From Candidatus Methanoperedenaceae archaeon (GTDB lineage Archaea > Halobacteriota > Methanosarcinia > Methanosarcinales > Methanoperedenaceae), in NCBI GenBank assembly GCA_963753595.1, contig CAVWCX010000036.1, forward strand, positions 150,349-214,348: a stretch of 64,000 nucleotides of DNA, read 5' to 3'. Each line of letters begins with the position of its first letter. Position 1 is the first letter of the stretch. Positions 9,325 to 20,201 of this stretch are shown here, in pieces. The notes under the pieces were generated by a model. The model had not been told where the DNA came from. It ran no database searches and saw only the letters and a list, made by a program, of their open reading frames with translations. The position numbers were made by a program, and so were the translations under genes.

Positions 9325-10644
9325 CTATTTTATTTTATAAATTTGTTGATCTTTTAATAGCTTCTCCATTTCTTCGATTAATTTTTCAACATATTTATTA
9401 TTAGCAGTTATAATCGCTTTCATGGGCCCATGAGTAACATCATAGTTTTCATACATTTTCAATGTTTTTCCAATGTTATCAAGTTTTGGTGTATTAGTTC
9501 CCATAGCTTCCGGCGCTGGGATGGGTATTATTGCATATTTATGCTTTTTAGAAAGTGTAAATCCAAATATTAATTCAGACAATTTTTCATATTTAATTAA
9601 ACTACTTGCCGGAATGCTAAAAAATGTATTTGATTTATGCAATTTCTTCAAATCAAAAAAAATATCATCTTTTGGCATCAATCCTTTAGATAAAGATTCA
9701 TTATAAACCATTACCCTAGTTTGGTTAATTTGTCCATCATATTTATCTGCATTAATCTTAAGATAATTAATATATGTATTTTTCCGAGGCTGAGTCCAGA
9801 AACCGCTAGCCCTATCGTTTCTAGATATTACATAGACTGAATCGCTGGGATCGTAATTCAATTGAATGAGTACCTCTAGAACATTATGCCAGGAAACGAA
9901 ACTCTTTGTATCATTTAATGCTCTCATGGAATCAAATGTTTTCGATATTACATCGTCTAATTCAAAATCAAGGCCATGATCCATGAAATATTTAAGTATT
10001 GAACTCTTGACAAGAGGAAAATAATTATACTTCTTGTAATGGTGAGAAGGGGAATGTGGACTGTAAAAAATGCCTTTTTCACTTTCTGGGGGGTCGTAAG
10101 TAAATGTCTTCAATTCCACATTGTGTTTTGTTATCAAGGGTTCGTTTTCAAAAAAAGGATAGTCTTTCTCTAATGTCACTTTTCTTAAGTAGTCATGGAG
10201 TGATTTATTAATAATAAGTTCTCGGGGCTCACAAAAATTAATAATTCGTGTCGCAGCGCCGATTGTACCTCCGATTTGTATGTATTTTCCTTGAATCCCT
10301 TTTAACCCCTCTATTATAAGGACACGATCCTTCTCAGAATAATTGACGGCTGTCCTGATAATCAGGCCTTTCTTAAGGACGTTTAATGCAAAATCTATTA
10401 CAAAATCTAAAAATAATTTAGTTGTTTGCTTATCTAACTTGCAATTTCTGCCCACTGACACAATTGCACCATCGCCAGTAGAGAAAGTGTCTGGTTTAAA
10501 ATCTTGTAAGTCATTAAGTCTATTATTAAGATATTCGATGAATGATTTCACCAATATCGCTTGAGTCTCAGGATTTTCATTTGAAAAGCCTTCAATTTCA
10601 AAGATTGCAACCAAAGATTTGTCGATTTCTTCTATTTGATTCAT
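9325..10644 (-). CDS. Class III nucleotide-cyclase-like domain fused to an unknown C-terminal domain
   Basis: IFEIEGFS, STGDG, IRTAVNY, GGTIGAATRII..C.P follow the AC/GC fold pattern; first metal-binding Asp is Glu. Confidence 0.65.
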   Translation of the reverse strand: MNQIEEIDKSLVAIFEIEGFSNENPETQAILVKSFIEYLNNRLNDLQDFKPDTFSTGDGAIVSVGRNCKLDKQTTKLFLDFVIDFALNVLKKGLIIRTAVNYSEKDRVLIIEGLKGIQGKYIQIGGTIGAATRIINFCEPRELIINKSLHDYLRKVTLEKDYPFFENEPLITKHNVELKTFTYDPPESEKGIFYSPHSPSHHYKKYNYFPLVKSSILKYFMDHGLDFELDDVISKTFDSMRALNDTKSFVSWHNVLEVLIQLNYDPSDSVYVISRNDRASGFWTQPRKNTYINYLKINADKYDGQINQTRVMVYNESLSKGLMPKDDIFFDLKKLHKSNTFFSIPASSLIKYEKLSELIFGFTLSKKHKYAIIPIPAPEAMGTNTPKLDNIGKTLKMYENYDVTHGPMKAIITANNKYVEKLIEEMEKLLKDQQIYKIK

Positions 10645-10955
10645 GATTATTACCTTTCAATGCAAGAACTTCTCACTTTTTGTACATTTGCTTTTGAATG
10701 CGAATGTTTTGGATACATGCAATTTCGTATTTAAATTTCAATCATTACTATATCTGTATTGCGTATTATAATTGCCTTGGATTCGAATTATTATTTTTAA
10801 TAATTTATATATATATATATATTTCTAGGCAAGTTAACGAGTCTCATTTGTAGGCAACACAACCACTTTGGAAAATTTAAGCTAACCGGTTTTTTATATC
10901 CAAAAGTTCCTAACGATAATGAAAACTAAGAAAAAAAACGAATGGGGCTTAAGTC

Positions 10956-13900
10956 TTAATCCCCACAATACAATCTAAATCCACACTCTCCACAGACCTT
11001 CTCATCTTTCGTCCTCTCAAACCCGTGTTCGTAATCATGTGCAATCTTCTTCACGATCTCGATCATATCCTCAATAGCATTCCCATCGAGCCCTTCCATC
11101 CGTGAACTACCCGAACTTTCAAACTTCCCATCGATCAGCTCAAATGTCCTGGGATTGGGAAGACCAAGCTGTTCGAGTGTGAGTCTTTTCACTTTATATT
11201 GGGGATAAATATGTTCAATACCCCTTGCATAAAGGAGAAGTTGTCTTGACCTGTCATCAGGTCCGGGTTCAGATTTTCCGGTCTTATAATCGATGATCTC
11301 AATTTCATTCTTTGTGCCAGGCATCAGATCCACTCGGTCGATAAATCCTTTAAACGTAAACCCTCCAAGCGGTACAGCGAATCTTTGCTCAACCATCAGG
11401 TTGTTCGCAATTCTATTTTTGTTCCGCTCCCAGAATACATCAAGCGCCGCTGTTGCTATTTCAATATCAACACCCTTGAAATCAGGTTCTTTTGCAACCA
11501 TGTCCCTGATCTCATACAGCCTCTCTTTTTTGGTTATTTTCTCACTCACCGCTATCTCAAGCACCTTATGAACAAAATTTCCCCTATTCATGGCTCCTGT
11601 AGAATCCTCAGAATCGCGTGTAGGCATCCTGAGAAGCTCTGCAAGTTCATACTGCCTGGGGCAGTTCTCATAGGAACTTATAGAGGAATAGCTGAAAGTC
11701 ATGCTTGCGGGATTGAATTTCAACCCGTTCTTATTCTCTTTGATTTTATCCAGAATATTTTCAGCGTCATGCGCAGGGTCTATTTTTTCCCAGTTGGAAT
11801 TGAAAAGTTCCTTGAAATCCGGCGCCTTCCCAACCTTCAAAGCCTGATACAGCAGCGTATTTTTCATGATCTCAGCAAAATTCCCTGAATCAAGCAACTC
11901 GATGAGTAGCCTTTTTCGGACAGCCTTTTCCCGTTCAAGCGCGCTGTCCTTTATCATTTCCCTGACTTTCGTATCAGTATCCCGGAAATAGATGAGATCA
12001 CCAACTATGATATTCTCACCGGCTCTCCAGTTATCGTATCCGATATCCAAAAGGAACTCAGACGGCTCTCTTTCATCGTCAGCGTATTTGATTGCCAGCG
12101 TCAGGAAAAGATGTTCTTTTGCCCTGGTAAATGCCACATACGCAAGCCGTCTCTCTTCTTCCTTTTTGATCTCTTTCTTGCGTTCCCTGACTGCTTTTTC
12201 AGTATCTTTGATGGATTCGTCCTCAAAAATGTCCCTGTACTGTTCCATCAATTCTGGCGGGATGAGAGGTTCTGTGCCTCCCCGATACAGAGGGAATTTA
12301 TCTTTTGCAAGGTTCGTGAGAAATACAACCTTAAACTCCAGTCCTTTTGCCGAATGTATGGTCATGAGGTTTATGGCATCCTCATCCGCTATTCTTGCCG
12401 GCGCCGGATTCCCATCCATCTCGTCAAGTATCTCAAGATAATCGATGAACAAACTCAGGTCTTTTCCGTGGAACTCTTCAAAATTACGGGCTAATTCATG
12501 AAGCTGTCTCAGATTCAAAAGCGCTTCCCTGCTGCGCTTTGTGTCAGTATGGGCGAATTGCCTTGAGAGCCCCGATTGATCATATACCTCAAGGATAAGG
12601 TCTGATACATCCAGATTCGTCTTCGAACAAAGTAAATCGATTCTCTTTTTTACATTGTTTATGGTCTCAAGTCCGCTCTTTGAAAATCCGAGTTCTCCAA
12701 TATGATGATAGATGGCTTCCTGGAACGAGACCCACTTTTTCTTAAGATATTCTCCTATCCTGATAGAATCTTCCTGGCTCAGGGCATTATTGTAATGGAA
12801 TATCCTCCACCATGCCTCTGTACCGCGGGCTGTGGGATGAGAGACATTGTTGATAATATACAGGTAAGCGAGAGCGGTCTTTATTTCGGGCTGTTTCAGG
12901 AAATCGGTATCGTCCTTGACCCGGAAGGGCAGACCTCTGTTTTCAAGAGCCAGTCTAACCTTTCTTCCCTGGGCATGTGTCCTGTATAATACTGCAATTT
13001 CTTTTGGAGGGATACCCTGTGCAAGATAGTCTTCGATCTTTTCAACTATGGCTCTTGCTTCTTCGTTATCATCTTCTGTTTCAATGATGCTGACGTTCTC
13101 CCCTTCAGTATCTTTGTGATTTTTGAGGAGCAGACATTCTTGCCTTTTCTCCGTTCCATAGTTCTTTTTGATTAGGGTATGAGCCACTCTGAGAATCTTA
13201 TTGGTTGACCTGAAACTGACATCCAGTGACACGATGTCTTTATCTGAAAGAGAGAATTGCTTCTTGAACTCCTCGATATTATTGGTGTACGCTCCCCGGA
13301 ATGCGTAAATGGTCTGGTTCGGATCTGCCACCACTGTTATGTTCTTATTCGCTGCTGTGAGCTTTTTTATCAGCTCGAACTGGACATAATTCGTATCCTG
13401 GAATTCATCAATGATTATGTAGCGGAATGTGTTGTTTAATCCTTGAGTGCCATACACGTCGAGATACCAGAGGGCGATCTTATTCAGGTCGCCGTAATCC
13501 AGTGCACCTATAGCTGATTTCTTCTCTTCGTATTTCTCCCAGGCTGATATGAAGTTTGAATATTTCTGGTATTCTTCATAGAGGTCTATGAATTCGGAGT
13601 ATCTTTTCTTCTCTGCCTGTTTTGCCTTCTTATCTTCTTTGTCTTTGAATTCCTGAAGATGAAAGGTATTGAGTTTGAATTTAGATTCGCGATACAGTTC
13701 CTTCCATGTGCTTTCATCTTTTTCGATCATCTGAACTTGTTTTTTAAGGGTTTCCAGAAATTCTTTGAATTTATCTGTTGAGATATTCAGGTCTTTGGCT
13801 TTTCCGATCGTGTTTGCATAAAGGCTGGCGGTCCTTGCATTGATCCTGAGTTCCCGGAATATGAAAATGGCTGAATCCATCTCCTCGAATATCTTGAAGT

Positions 13901-14231
13901 CGCCGGGAACTTTGCATCTTTCAGCATGATCCTTGATAAGCTCGGCGCAGAATGAGTGAAAAGTCTTAACGATCACTTCCTTTCCCTGAAGGAGTTTCTC
14001 GACTTTTTCGCGCATGTTCCTTGCAGCTTCTTTGGAGAAGGTGAGAGCGAGGATCTGGGAGGGGTCGATACCTTCCTTTTCGACCATGTATGCAATCTTT
14101 GCAGTTATGGTCGTTGTCTTGCCTGTGCCTGCACCTGCAAGGATCAGTTGGGGGGCTTGGGTGTGTTTTATGGCTTCAAGCTGGCGAGGTTTTAGGGATG
14201 AGAGGAGGGAGTTTAAGAAAATATATACCAC
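10956..14231 (-). CDS. UvrD/PcrA helicase fused to a PD-(D/E)XK Fe-S nuclease (AdnB/AddB-like)
   Basis: AGAGTGKT, DEFQD, QTIYAFRGA, TIHSAKGLEF, EERRLAYVAFTRA; SYSSI..Y..CP, GFIDRVD, IIDYKTG, CxxC..C. Confidence 0.9.
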   Translation of the reverse strand: MVYIFLNSLLSSLKPRQLEAIKHTQAPQLILAGAGTGKTTTITAKIAYMVEKEGIDPSQILALTFSKEAARNMREKVEKLLQGKEVIVKTFHSFCAELIKDHAERCKVPGDFKIFEEMDSAIFIFRELRINARTASLYANTIGKAKDLNISTDKFKEFLETLKKQVQMIEKDESTWKELYRESKFKLNTFHLQEFKDKEDKKAKQAEKKRYSEFIDLYEEYQKYSNFISAWEKYEEKKSAIGALDYGDLNKIALWYLDVYGTQGLNNTFRYIIIDEFQDTNYVQFELIKKLTAANKNITVVADPNQTIYAFRGAYTNNIEEFKKQFSLSDKDIVSLDVSFRSTNKILRVAHTLIKKNYGTEKRQECLLLKNHKDTEGENVSIIETEDDNEEARAIVEKIEDYLAQGIPPKEIAVLYRTHAQGRKVRLALENRGLPFRVKDDTDFLKQPEIKTALAYLYIINNVSHPTARGTEAWWRIFHYNNALSQEDSIRIGEYLKKKWVSFQEAIYHHIGELGFSKSGLETINNVKKRIDLLCSKTNLDVSDLILEVYDQSGLSRQFAHTDTKRSREALLNLRQLHELARNFEEFHGKDLSLFIDYLEILDEMDGNPAPARIADEDAINLMTIHSAKGLEFKVVFLTNLAKDKFPLYRGGTEPLIPPELMEQYRDIFEDESIKDTEKAVRERKKEIKKEEERRLAYVAFTRAKEHLFLTLAIKYADDEREPSEFLLDIGYDNWRAGENIIVGDLIYFRDTDTKVREMIKDSALEREKAVRKRLLIELLDSGNFAEIMKNTLLYQALKVGKAPDFKELFNSNWEKIDPAHDAENILDKIKENKNGLKFNPASMTFSYSSISSYENCPRQYELAELLRMPTRDSEDSTGAMNRGNFVHKVLEIAVSEKITKKERLYEIRDMVAKEPDFKGVDIEIATAALDVFWERNKNRIANNLMVEQRFAVPLGGFTFKGFIDRVDLMPGTKNEIEIIDYKTGKSEPGPDDRSRQLLLYARGIEHIYPQYKVKRLTLEQLGLPNPRTFELIDGKFESSGSSRMEGLDGNAIEDMIEIVKKIAHDYEHGFERTKDEKVCGECGFRLYCGD

Positions 14232-14470
14232 CGTTTTAAGTTGGTTAAAGGAATACCTCTGGAATAATAATACTTTGCAAGAAGCACCATGATTTCAGCA
14301 TCATGGTCTTTATAAAAATGATTTTTTTTAATGCAATGTATTTTTTGATTGAATACATGGAAAGTCGGGACAATTACCTCTGCGGTGCTGTTCTTGGGCT
14401 GGTGGTGGGGATGAGGATGACGGTCACCTGGATGAAATCTATAACTATCTGAAATATTTGAAATAATTGT

Positions 14471-14719
14471 CTACTTGTTAGAAAGTGATTTATTAAGATG
14501 GATAAGTTCTTTCTCTTGCTCAACCAAAATAGATAGGAAAACAGCATGCATTGGGTCAAGAGTCGGTACAACAGTGCAAGATGACGCATGTGCTCTCGCT
14601 TGGTTCATTAGGGTATCAAATGCAATTCTGTCCTCTCCCCTCAGTGCCCTTCGAAAATCCGATAACTCTTCAATTATCCCTTCTAGCAGGATTCGAAAGC
14701 TAGGAACAGTCCGGCCCAT
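14471..14719 (-). CDS. Small conserved archaeal protein (MGRTVPSFR type)
   Basis: ORF track; GGAGG RBS upstream; recognisable N-terminus. Confidence 0.65.
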   Translation of the reverse strand: MGRTVPSFRILLEGIIEELSDFRRALRGEDRIAFDTLMNQARAHASSCTVVPTLDPMHAVFLSILVEQEKELIHLNKSLSNK

Positions 14720-15155
14720 TGTTACCCTCCATATTCAGATAGCTTCGTTTGCCCAAATGGAATTATTCTTTTAGATCTGCAGGTCTCGTTTAGACTAACC
14801 ACGCTTTTTGAAATAATTACAACTCGTCCAGATTTCGCCCATTTTTCAATACACTTCGATAGTTGAAAAGGCATATGTCATTCACCTCTTTCCAAGTTGA
14901 TTTGAGTCCTTAAAAAGCAAATGGTATCCATGGAGTGAAAGTAATAAATATATGAATAGTCGAGATATAACATACGATGCCTATCACATTCACCGACGAA
15001 GACCTGATGCAAAAAGTCCCTAATTTTTTAATGATGTAAATACAATATAGATATAAATTATTAATTCATATACGACTTCTAGAATTAAACATATGCATTT
15101 ATAAAAATAGATGATAGGAGAATATTTATATTTTTGAAAATAATTTTGTTAATTC

Positions 15156-16175
15156 ATGAAGATAAATAGTGAAAATGTTCCTCAAGCCGATAATTTAGAA
15201 GACGTTATTGAATGTGTGATTGCAGTTTCAGAAGGAGAAGGAACCTATCAAGAAATTGCCAATAGGATTGGGAAAGTAGAAAGGCAAGGTAGATACTATA
15301 GAAAAGCTGCTGAAATCTTGGGGTTAATAATTAATCAAAATAATGAATCTCATCTAACAGATCTTGGACGTCAATTTTCACAAAATCCTACTTTAGGGAA
15401 TCCTATTTTATTGCAGGCTGTTTTAAATGCTCGAATATTTCAACGATTAATACCTTTTTTTGAAATTCATTCACAAGGAATTACTAAAGTGGAGTTAATA
15501 GAATATTTAACTCAAAATATAGAAGAAGTTGGGGATACAATGTTACCAAGAAGAGCCAGCACTTTATTATCTTGGTTACAATCATTAAATATTGTTATAG
15601 AAAATAATGATGTTTTTAACTTAACCAATTCTCTTACACAAATCGTCCCCATATTAAAGTTTACTGATTTGGATGAACCCATTCTTCCTCATTCAAGCGA
15701 TTTGAGTGAATACCAAATAGTAGAACAAAGAGCATCAAGAGCAAAAGAATCAATTAGTTTTTCTAGAGATGAAATTAAATTTGAAAGAGCTGAAAACGCT
15801 CATCTTAGCCTTGTTAACATAACAGCTTTAAAAATAAGACAAAGAGGATTTTTACCCAGATCTAATCAAATAATTGATTTAGCTGCAAGATATGAAAACA
15901 TAGATTACATATTTGAGATGAAATCAATTACTGAAAGCAACTACAGATCACAAATACGAAAGGGAATTAGTCAACTTTATGAGTATAGATATCTACAAAA
16001 TCTGCCAAATGCCAAACTTGTACTCGTAATTGAAACCTATCTGCCTTCAAATGCTTCCTGGATGCATGATTATCTTGAATCCGATAGGGAAATAATGTTA
16101 GTTTGGGATGGAAACGATGATTTATTCTCTAGTGATAATACTAAGCATGATTTGCATTTCTTATTTGACTTATAA
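15156..16175 (+). CDS. Winged-helix + PD-(D/E)XK nuclease, putative type IV-like restriction enzyme
   Basis: N-terminal PQAD...RQGRYY..AA..LG; C-terminal IDL...FEMKS...QLYEY. Confidence 0.65.
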   Translation: MKINSENVPQADNLEDVIECVIAVSEGEGTYQEIANRIGKVERQGRYYRKAAEILGLIINQNNESHLTDLGRQFSQNPTLGNPILLQAVLNARIFQRLIPFFEIHSQGITKVELIEYLTQNIEEVGDTMLPRRASTLLSWLQSLNIVIENNDVFNLTNSLTQIVPILKFTDLDEPILPHSSDLSEYQIVEQRASRAKESISFSRDEIKFERAENAHLSLVNITALKIRQRGFLPRSNQIIDLAARYENIDYIFEMKSITESNYRSQIRKGISQLYEYRYLQNLPNAKLVLVIETYLPSNASWMHDYLESDREIMLVWDGNDDLFSSDNTKHDLHFLFDL

Positions 16176-16442
16176 AAATAGATAGTGAAGTTCAGTGCAT
16201 GTTCGACATATTTCATATATTTCACGAGTTAAAGATCCAGACATTTAAATTAACTTTACACCATTCTCTCACTTGAATACAAAATATTCTTATATATACT
16301 ATGGAGCAATTAAGAGTTGCATATATTTAGAAAAAGACATGAAAAAATCACATGGAAAAAGATTAAAGGGTCTCAGGATTTCTAAACTACTAAAGAATGA
16401 CGATCGTTTGATTATGATAGGTAATCCGAAAAAGGACATATT

Positions 16443-18308
16443 ATGAAAAAAGCTCAGCCATTCTTAAAGTGGGCAGGTGGCAAGACACAGTTATTGCCCG
16501 AATTGCTTAACCATGTTCCAAATACCTATGGGCGATATATTGAGCCATTCGTAGGTGCCGGGGCGCTATTCTTCCATTTGCAGCCAAAAAGGGCATTATT
16601 GGCTGACCTGAATGGTGATTTGATCAATTGTTATGAGGTCGTAAGAGATCAAATCCAATCTTTAATCGATGAGTTGCAGAAATACGTAAATGATGAAAAG
16701 TTATATTACAAGGTGCGTAATCGCAATCCAAACAGACTGAATCCTGTACAACAAGCAGCTCGCACCATTTATTTGAATAAAACCTGTTATAACGGGCTTT
16801 ATAGGGTGAATAAGGATGGCAAGTTTAATGTTCCGTTTGGGAAACGGGTGAATCCAACGATTTGTGATGAATCAAAGCTTATGGCAGCTCACTTAGCACT
16901 AAAAGATGTGGATTTAGTTTGTGGAGATTATAAGGAAGTGCTTCAAAAATACGCTGAACCTGGAGATTTTGTGTATCTAGATCCGCCGTATTATCCGGTT
17001 GGGGGGCACGCAGATTTTAAACGATACACCAAAGAATTTTTCTATGAAGAGGACCACGGCGAGCTAAGGGATGAGTTTTGTCGATTGGTGAAAATAGGAT
17101 GTCGTACACTCTTAACTAACTCTAATACAGACTTTGTTAGAAGACTATATGATGGGTTCGATTATAAGGTTGTTGACACAAAGAGAAACATCAGCAGTAA
17201 GACGATAACACGTAGGGGACAAGATCTAATTGTCATCGCTACTCAATCACCCCAGAGAACTCCATCCCGGTTGAGTCTGAGTGGGAGCAAGTTGTTAGAA
17301 CATTTTCCTGGAACTCGATATATGGGTAGCAAATATCGTGTGTTACCTTTTATATGGCAATGTGTAGAAGATTTGCCATTTAAATCAGTACTAGATGCGT
17401 TCTCTGGGAGTGGATGTGTATCATACATGTTTAAACAGCGTGGATTCCGAGTGATCAGTAACGACTTTATGCACTTTACACATCACTTAGCTGTAGCGAC
17501 AATTGAAAATTCTAGTATACAACTGAATGATAAAGATGTTGAGATGTTAATGAAACAAAATCCTAATGCAAGAACATTTATCGCGGATACATTTAAAGAT
17601 TTATATTTTAGCGATGAAGAAAATACTTTTTTGGATTCATTACGTGCTAATGTTGAATTGCTAGAAAATCGGTACAAAAAATCTTTGGCTTTAGCTGCGA
17701 TATCGAGGGCTTGTATGAAGAGACGGGCTCGTGGAATTTTTACGTTTATTGGGGATCGTTATGATGATGGTCGTAGAGATATGCAGATCACTCTTCAGCA
17801 GCATTTCTTGGAAAATGTTCATGCATTTAATGTTGCTGTCTTTGATAATAAACAAGAGAATCTATCTTTAAATCAGGATGTATTCGATTTGGATGTGCAT
17901 GCAGATTTGGTATATCTGGATCCTCCATATTACACTCCAAACTCAGATAATGACTATACAAGACGGTATCACTTTGTAGAGGGTTTAGTGCGGCAGTGGC
18001 AAGGAGTAGAAATACAAGCTCATACAATTACGAAAAAATTCAAACGCTATGAAACACCATTTATTTCAAAGGATACTGTATATGATGCATTTGATCGCCT
18101 CTTCAAAAAGTTCCAAGAAAGTATCATTGTCGTTTCCTATTCTTCTAATTCTATTCCAGAAAAGGGAGATTTGGTTGACCTTCTCAAGAAATACAAAAGT
18201 CAAGTAAGAGTGCATCAAATTGAGCATTTGTACTCATTCGGAACGCATGGACATAAAGTAGGGGATAATGCTAACAGAGCTATGGAATTTGTTTTTGTTG
18301 CGTATTAA
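16443..18308 (+). CDS. Fused double Dam/D12-class N6-adenine methyltransferase (M.AlwI/M.FokI architecture)
   Basis: Two MTase units: KWAGGK/EPFVGAG/DPPY and RYMGSK/DAFSGSG/DPPY. Confidence 0.92.
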   Translation: MKKAQPFLKWAGGKTQLLPELLNHVPNTYGRYIEPFVGAGALFFHLQPKRALLADLNGDLINCYEVVRDQIQSLIDELQKYVNDEKLYYKVRNRNPNRLNPVQQAARTIYLNKTCYNGLYRVNKDGKFNVPFGKRVNPTICDESKLMAAHLALKDVDLVCGDYKEVLQKYAEPGDFVYLDPPYYPVGGHADFKRYTKEFFYEEDHGELRDEFCRLVKIGCRTLLTNSNTDFVRRLYDGFDYKVVDTKRNISSKTITRRGQDLIVIATQSPQRTPSRLSLSGSKLLEHFPGTRYMGSKYRVLPFIWQCVEDLPFKSVLDAFSGSGCVSYMFKQRGFRVISNDFMHFTHHLAVATIENSSIQLNDKDVEMLMKQNPNARTFIADTFKDLYFSDEENTFLDSLRANVELLENRYKKSLALAAISRACMKRRARGIFTFIGDRYDDGRRDMQITLQQHFLENVHAFNVAVFDNKQENLSLNQDVFDLDVHADLVYLDPPYYTPNSDNDYTRRYHFVEGLVRQWQGVEIQAHTITKKFKRYETPFISKDTVYDAFDRLFKKFQESIIVVSYSSNSIPEKGDLVDLLKKYKSQVRVHQIEHLYSFGTHGHKVGDNANRAMEFVFVAY

Positions 18309-18322
18309 TATGAAGGTTTAAC

Positions 18323-20062
18323 ATGCCTAATGTATGGAATCTAGGAAATACAACCATTCGAAACCCAAATCGCATTGAGTTAGGATTACGACTTTTTTCT
18401 GAAGAGTTTCAAGGTAACGTACATGGAGCGGAGGCAGAGGAGCGATTTGCTAAGAGATTAGCCGAGGAAGAAATTGTCGAATCAGAGGGAAGTTATGGTG
18501 ATTTGTTTGGTCGTAAATGGCGTTCTGTTTTAGTGAAACTAGGATTTGCTACTGATATTAAATATATAATTGGGAAAAGAAGTTTTAAGGTAGTAGATCT
18601 GGCAAAACAGCGACCAGAATTGGGACTAAAAGGGCTTGAATATGAATTGACACCAGCCGGTAAACATCTATTAGAAGCAGATACAACTGGTGCGATACAG
18701 GATGTCTTTTTGAGGCAGTTGGTACGTCATGAGCTCCCCTCACCGATTGAAAGTGGATTTCCACGTGGTCAAATTAAACCTTTTATTTATGTACTTCAGG
18801 TTTTAAAAAAGTTATTAGAACGAAATGAGCAGGGACTCAGCAAATTTGAAATGGCTGCATTTTTGCAACTGTTCATTGATCACACGGATAATGCGATTGA
18901 GCAAACAGTGGAACGCGTGTTAGAATATCGTAAACAGCGCGATACATGTGATGATCAGGCAGCGAAACGGAAATTTGACGAAACTCAAATACAGGCGTCG
19001 GCTTTGGCAGGTAATGTAAAGAGCGACACATTGGTAGATTATGCAGATACAACTTTCCGGTATACCCAGATGACTGGAATAGTAGCTCAGCAAGGATCAC
19101 GATTGATATTGCGCGAGAATAAAATGCCGATTATCGAAGCACTGCTAATAAAAGAGCCTGCGTTTTTAGCTAGAGAAGATCCGTTTGGTTATTTAGCTGA
19201 CTTCTACACAGGAACATCCTTACCCACGGATAATATTACTTTTGCAAATAGTGAGATTAAGCGCTTGGTTGATGAAATAAGGAAATATGGTAAAGAGCCT
19301 GCTTTAGATATGGCAAATCTCTCAGTTACTATGAAAATTCAAGAAATAGAAAGATTGCGATATAATCTACTTGAACAATTAAGTTGGGCTCGCGAAGATC
19401 AGTTTGCCGCCGATCAAGTGAAAGACGAGTCCATCCAAGATATACTGAAATATATAGATGCATTAGAAACGCTTGCTAAGAGCAAGAAAATGGGTATTTT
19501 AGATCGTCCAGCTTACCTGGAATGGGTAGTTTGGCGCGGTTTTCTTGCAATTGATCGTATCATCATACCTTTTCACCAAACAAGGCGTTTTCCTGTCAAT
19601 GAGGATTTACATCCACGGCATCCGGCACCTGGCGGTGGCTCAGATATGATATTCGAATTTGAAGATTACGTTTTAGTAGTGGAAGTGACATTGACTGGCT
19701 CTTCACGCCAAATAGCAGCTGAAGGAGAACCTGTACGTCGGCATGTAGCTGATATAAAAGAGAAATATGCAAACAAAGAAGTGTACGGGATTTTTATTGC
19801 ACCATCGATAGATAACAATACCGCAGAAACCTTTCGGATAGGAATTTGGTACCGAGGGGACCTAGAGGAATTTATGAACATTGTTCCTTTTACGTTAAAC
19901 CAATTCAGGCAGATGATTGAGACTTTGCTTAAACAACGATATTCACCAAAGAATATTCAACAACTGATGGATCGGTGCTTAACATATAGAAATACAAAAG
20001 CTCCTGAATGGAAGCGAATGATTGATGTAGAGAAGAATCGATGGATAGCACGCCTCGATTAA
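18323..20062 (+). CDS. AlwI-family type IIS restriction endonuclease
   Basis: WNLGNTTIRNP N-terminus; PGGGSD..VVEVT..Q..AEGEPVRRH; follows a double MTase. Confidence 0.85.
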   Translation: MPNVWNLGNTTIRNPNRIELGLRLFSEEFQGNVHGAEAEERFAKRLAEEEIVESEGSYGDLFGRKWRSVLVKLGFATDIKYIIGKRSFKVVDLAKQRPELGLKGLEYELTPAGKHLLEADTTGAIQDVFLRQLVRHELPSPIESGFPRGQIKPFIYVLQVLKKLLERNEQGLSKFEMAAFLQLFIDHTDNAIEQTVERVLEYRKQRDTCDDQAAKRKFDETQIQASALAGNVKSDTLVDYADTTFRYTQMTGIVAQQGSRLILRENKMPIIEALLIKEPAFLAREDPFGYLADFYTGTSLPTDNITFANSEIKRLVDEIRKYGKEPALDMANLSVTMKIQEIERLRYNLLEQLSWAREDQFAADQVKDESIQDILKYIDALETLAKSKKMGILDRPAYLEWVVWRGFLAIDRIIIPFHQTRRFPVNEDLHPRHPAPGGGSDMIFEFEDYVLVVEVTLTGSSRQIAAEGEPVRRHVADIKEKYANKEVYGIFIAPSIDNNTAETFRIGIWYRGDLEEFMNIVPFTLNQFRQMIETLLKQRYSPKNIQQLMDRCLTYRNTKAPEWKRMIDVEKNRWIARLD

Positions 20063-20201
20063 TGTTGCATCACGATAATGCAAGTGGCAGCAGAACCTAA
20101 AATGCAAGTCAAGAAAAGGCATTAAGAGAAGATATAAGAGGATTTTGAAACATCCATAATCCACAGTCACCCGAATATGCCTTAGCTTAAAAAAATAAAG
20201 T

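Noticed and set aside
14828-14838. CCAGATTTCGC (also CTGCGGTGCTG at 14379 and CCAGATTTCG at 63805) as extra hairpin copies
   Set aside because: Only 10-11-bp partial matches without the opposite arm or conserved flank; compatible with chance.
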